A stretch of 64,000 nucleotides of DNA from Macrostomum hystrix (Eukaryota > Animalia > Platyhelminthes), in NCBI GenBank assembly GCA_950097015.1, contig CATNEN010000041.1, forward strand, positions 1,116,001 to 1,180,000, written 5' to 3'. Below, piece by piece: positions 60,668 through 64,000 of the stretch. The position numbers were made by a program, and so were the translations under genes. Position 1 is the stretch's first letter. Each line of letters starts with the position of its first letter. The notes under the pieces were generated by a model, which was not told the origin of the DNA, made no database searches, and saw nothing but the letters and a program-made list of their open reading frames with translations.

Positions 60668-61834
60668 CTAAGCAACATAATATTCAGATTAGTGCAAATT
60701 CCTTTAGGCATACAAAAGGCAAAGTGCCCTGTCTGAGTGATTGGCACATATTAATTAACAAATATTTAGTATAGCTGCTGTTCATTTCTATCTACATATA
60801 TATCTTCATAATCTAAAAATATATACATGTATATTGTACTTACTAAAAGGCTCTAGCTTATTGGCTTTGTTGTTTTTTATGTGATACTTTTTGTTCATAT
60901 TATTATGAATTAATTCCTAATTAATCATCATTTAGCTTAACCTATATCATGTTTGCTATCTTCTAAGAAATAGATCACCTATGTTAAAAAGTATAAAGAA
61001 TTTCTGGCATTAATTTACCATGTAGGAATGGTGCTAGAGTAGCACGGTTGTAAACTCAACTGGCAAGAGATAAATTAATAATGTAGCTATATAGTAGGTT
61101 TCACTATAATTGTATAAATGTGATATTTTATTGATGGGCATGGAAAATGCTGTTGTAATGGCACAATTATAGTTAGGCAATACATTTTTATTATGTAGGT
61201 GATGCAAAAAAGTACTTCAATAGAAGTGGTAGACAGGCTTGAATAGCAAAAACTCCTATAGCTAAGGTAGAGAATGGGGCAACAAAAACCAAAACTGAAA
61301 CAGATTTAATGAGGTTTAAAGAAGAAAATAATTCTTTAAAATGTGTACTAAGAAGCAATCAGACCAGATTTTGCAATTGCAATTTAAAAATAGCAAAAAC
61401 AATAATTAATTCTGGTGAATAAACAGGAGGGACTAATTGTTCTTGGTACAAAGGGTTCAGCAGAAAACATTGGCTATGGCTACATTTGAACTATCCAGAA
61501 TGCTGCAGGAACAAAATCCACAGTTGCATCTGAACTACATCTCATTCCCAGTGTGGCTTGCCTGACATGGTACATGATTGAGAGTATAAGGACAGTAATT
61601 AGATTTAGATTTAGAATTAGATTTTTCATATTAACTTGGCAATGTGAAGCACATAAGTTATAGGTAGCTGTAAATATCCAGCTAATTAAAAAAGAGAAAT
61701 TCACAAAATTGCTGAATTCGTTGTATCGAAATGTAAAATTGTATTTAAAAAATAATGCTTTATAGAATTTTCTTTTTACTTCTTCCAAAAAAAATAATTA
61801 ATCAAATAATTCCAACAATTAATCCACCATGCAG

Positions 61835-63452
61835 GCCGCATATCTAGCTGTCGGTATCAGCATGCCCCAGCTCCGCAGCAGCAGCAGCAGCCGCCTTCAG
61901 AGGCGCCACACAAGCAGCAGCAACAGCATCGAGCTGGACAAAATGAGAGACAGAGGGACGGTGGTGCCAACTCCGATGGCGTCGGCTCCGGCGCGGCGGA
62001 CTCTGCCGGCACCTCCCTGTTCGGCGGCTGGCGCCTGTGGCTGGCCTGCGGCGCTGCTAGCCTAGTGCCGCTGACGGATCTGTGGTCGGAGCGGCTGAAC
62101 CGGCGTAACCAGTGGTGGCGGCCAGCCTCAGGCGGCCTTGGCGGCTTCGGCAGCGGTCGGTCTGTAGGCGTTGCGCAGTGCATGCTCGATGGCCCTGTGG
62201 CCCGCCGGCCGGCTCCGCAGCCGCAGCAGAAGCAAAAGCAGCAGCCGCTGGAGGAGGTGACTTTTTGGCGCTTAAACAAATTAAACCATTGTCGTGATTG
62301 AGTTCTGACACATAATCCATTGAGTTCCGACACATAATCCATTGAGTTCTGACACATAATCCATTGAGTTCCGACACATAATCCCTTGAGTTCCGACACA
62401 TAATCCACTTGTGTTATATAGATAATCCCTTGCGATTTGATAGATAGTCCGTTGAGATTTGATAGATAGTCCGTTGAGATTTGAAATTGTCCTGATTCCC
62501 AAACCCGGCAGGTCGCCCGGTCCCTGACCGCCCGCTCCGTAGAGCAGGCCTGCCGTCTCTGCACCAGCCGGGCGGTGGCCGAGGCCCGCGCAGGCCGGCC
62601 GGACCGCGCCAGAGCCATGTGGCTGTCAGCTGCCAGCTTCTCCTATCCGCCCGCCCTGTTCAACCTGGGCCTGCTGGCCGCTAGCGCTGGCAGCTCGGCA
62701 GAGGCGGTCGCCTACTATCGAGCCGCAGCCGACCTGGGACATCCGGCAGCCGCCTTCAACCTGTCCGTCATGCTTCGGCAGCAGGAGGAGGAAGAACAAG
62801 ACGGTGACGAGCCGCTGACTGTCGGCGCTGGCGCTGTTGCTCTGGTAAGCCTTTAAACATTTTAAGTTTCTAATTTTAGTTTGCTCTACCTTTGGTAGTA
62901 TAAACCTGATGTGCTCTGCGGACAGTATCTTTAATAATTTTTTACTTTTATAGCCGAAAAATATTTCTTTTCACTATTAATGCTACTTAAAGTAGCAATA
63001 TTAACACATGCAATATATTTCTACTCCCACCGCAGCAACCACCCGACGCCTCATCAGAGTCGCGGCGCTGGCTGTCGCGCGCGGCCAGCTCCGGTCTGGC
63101 GGAGGCTCTGCTTCTAGAAGCCGAGCAGCTGCTGGACGAGTCCCGGCCGGCCGAAGCCGAGCAGCGACTGCGCCGCCTCCTGGCCAGTCAGACGGCGTCG
63201 GCTTCTGCCACTGCCGCCGCCGAGCTTCTACTGTGTCGCTGTCATCGAGATCTTAGCAACAGCGTTAGCAGCAGCGACAGTAGTGACTGCGGCGGAGGCG
63301 GGGGCCTGCGTCGATGCAGCCGAAGCTCGCCGAATTTTTCTAGCTTTGACATCGGCGGTGGCGGCGGCGAGCTCAGGCTGGTCGGCACGCAGGCCAAGGC
63401 GCACTTTTATCCATCATTCTACAGCAAATGCAAGCAGCTGCACAAGTACTGA
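61835..63452 (+). CDS. DELE1 (KIAA0141)-like Sel1-repeat protein, first coding exon not identified
   Basis: Phase-compatible exons: 61835-62256, 62512-62844, 63036-63452. Spliced PLEE|VARSL...AASFSYPPALFNLGLL...AEAVAYYRAAADLGHPAAAFNL, ESRRWLSRAASSGLAEA and CSRSSPNF match recalled DELE1 segments (SLEEAVTSI...AAARGYSKAQYNAGLC...AVLYYQLAASQGHSLAQY; LLKQAADSGLREA; KSFSSPSL). The Sel1 repeats themselves are clear. Confidence 0.65.
62298..62482. repeat. 22-bp intronic minisatellites (GAGTTCCGACACATAATCCATT x5, then GATAGATAGTCCGTTGAGATTT x2)
   Basis: Lie in the intron 62257-62511. Confidence 0.9.
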
Positions 63453-63659
63453 GGGCTGGCCATGAGATTTACTATTGCTACTCAACAGAATACAGAAGGC
63501 ATGAGAATGCTGGAGCTGTCATCATGGACTGTTTGGATCTCACAGAAGGCTCACAGAATTTCTTTTTTGCGTTGTTCGGAGCTCATTGCTTTACTTGCAT
63601 CTTGTATTATAAACATGGCTTTCAGAATTCTTCCGTTCAAATTGCGCTCTTAATCCATC

Positions 63660-64000
63660 CAGAGACTCGCGACCTTAAACCATAGAGACTCGCCCCTTAA
63701 TCTATGGAGACTCGCCCCTTAATCCATGGAGACTCGCCCCTTAATCCATGGAGACTCGCCCCTTAATCCATGGAGACTCGCCCCTTAATCCATGGAGACT
63801 CGCCTCTAAATCCATAGAGACTCGCCCATAAAGCCATAGAGACTCGCCCATAAAGCCATAGAGACTCGCCCATAAAGCCATAGAGACTCGCCCATAAAGC
63901 CATAGAGACTCGCCCATAAAGCCATAGAGACTCGCCCCTTAATCCATAGATTTTCGCCCCTTAATCCATAGAGACTCGCCCCTTAATCCATAGAGACTCG
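63660..64000. repeat. 22-bp minisatellite (CCATAGAGACTCGCCCCTTAAT), runs off the window end
   Basis: Tandem copies. Confidence 0.95.

Overview
Eukaryotic (metazoan) genomic DNA. The GC-rich exons, GT-AG introns packed with minisatellites and the gene content suggest a free-living flatworm of the Macrostomum type; this is inference, not verified. A large share of the window is tandem repeat, including a 10.8 kb array of a 33-bp unit that produces the spurious 3641-aa and 1877-aa ORFs. Supportable genes, with exons assembled by hand from splice sites and reading phase: an intronless ankyrin-repeat protein, a shortened CEP135/TSGA10-like gene, an intronless 785-aa orphan ORF, a Crypton-type tyrosine recombinase, a two-exon 265-aa putative secreted protein, an intronless NPY/sNPF/PrRP-type GPCR, a 7-exon TOPAZ1-like gene and a DELE1-like Sel1-repeat gene. 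Mobile elements: a complete but decayed Mutator (MULE) element with TIRs and a perfect 9-bp target-site duplication, a related non-autonomous copy, a probable MITE and a tRNA-derived SINE. The most notable points are the Crypton recombinase with its HxxR arginine changed to histidine, an 11-bp core shared by minisatellites about 40 kb apart, CpG decay concentrated in the transposon-rich interval, and the TOPAZ1/DELE1/CEP135-like genes. All homology calls come from recalled reference sequences and need database confirmation.
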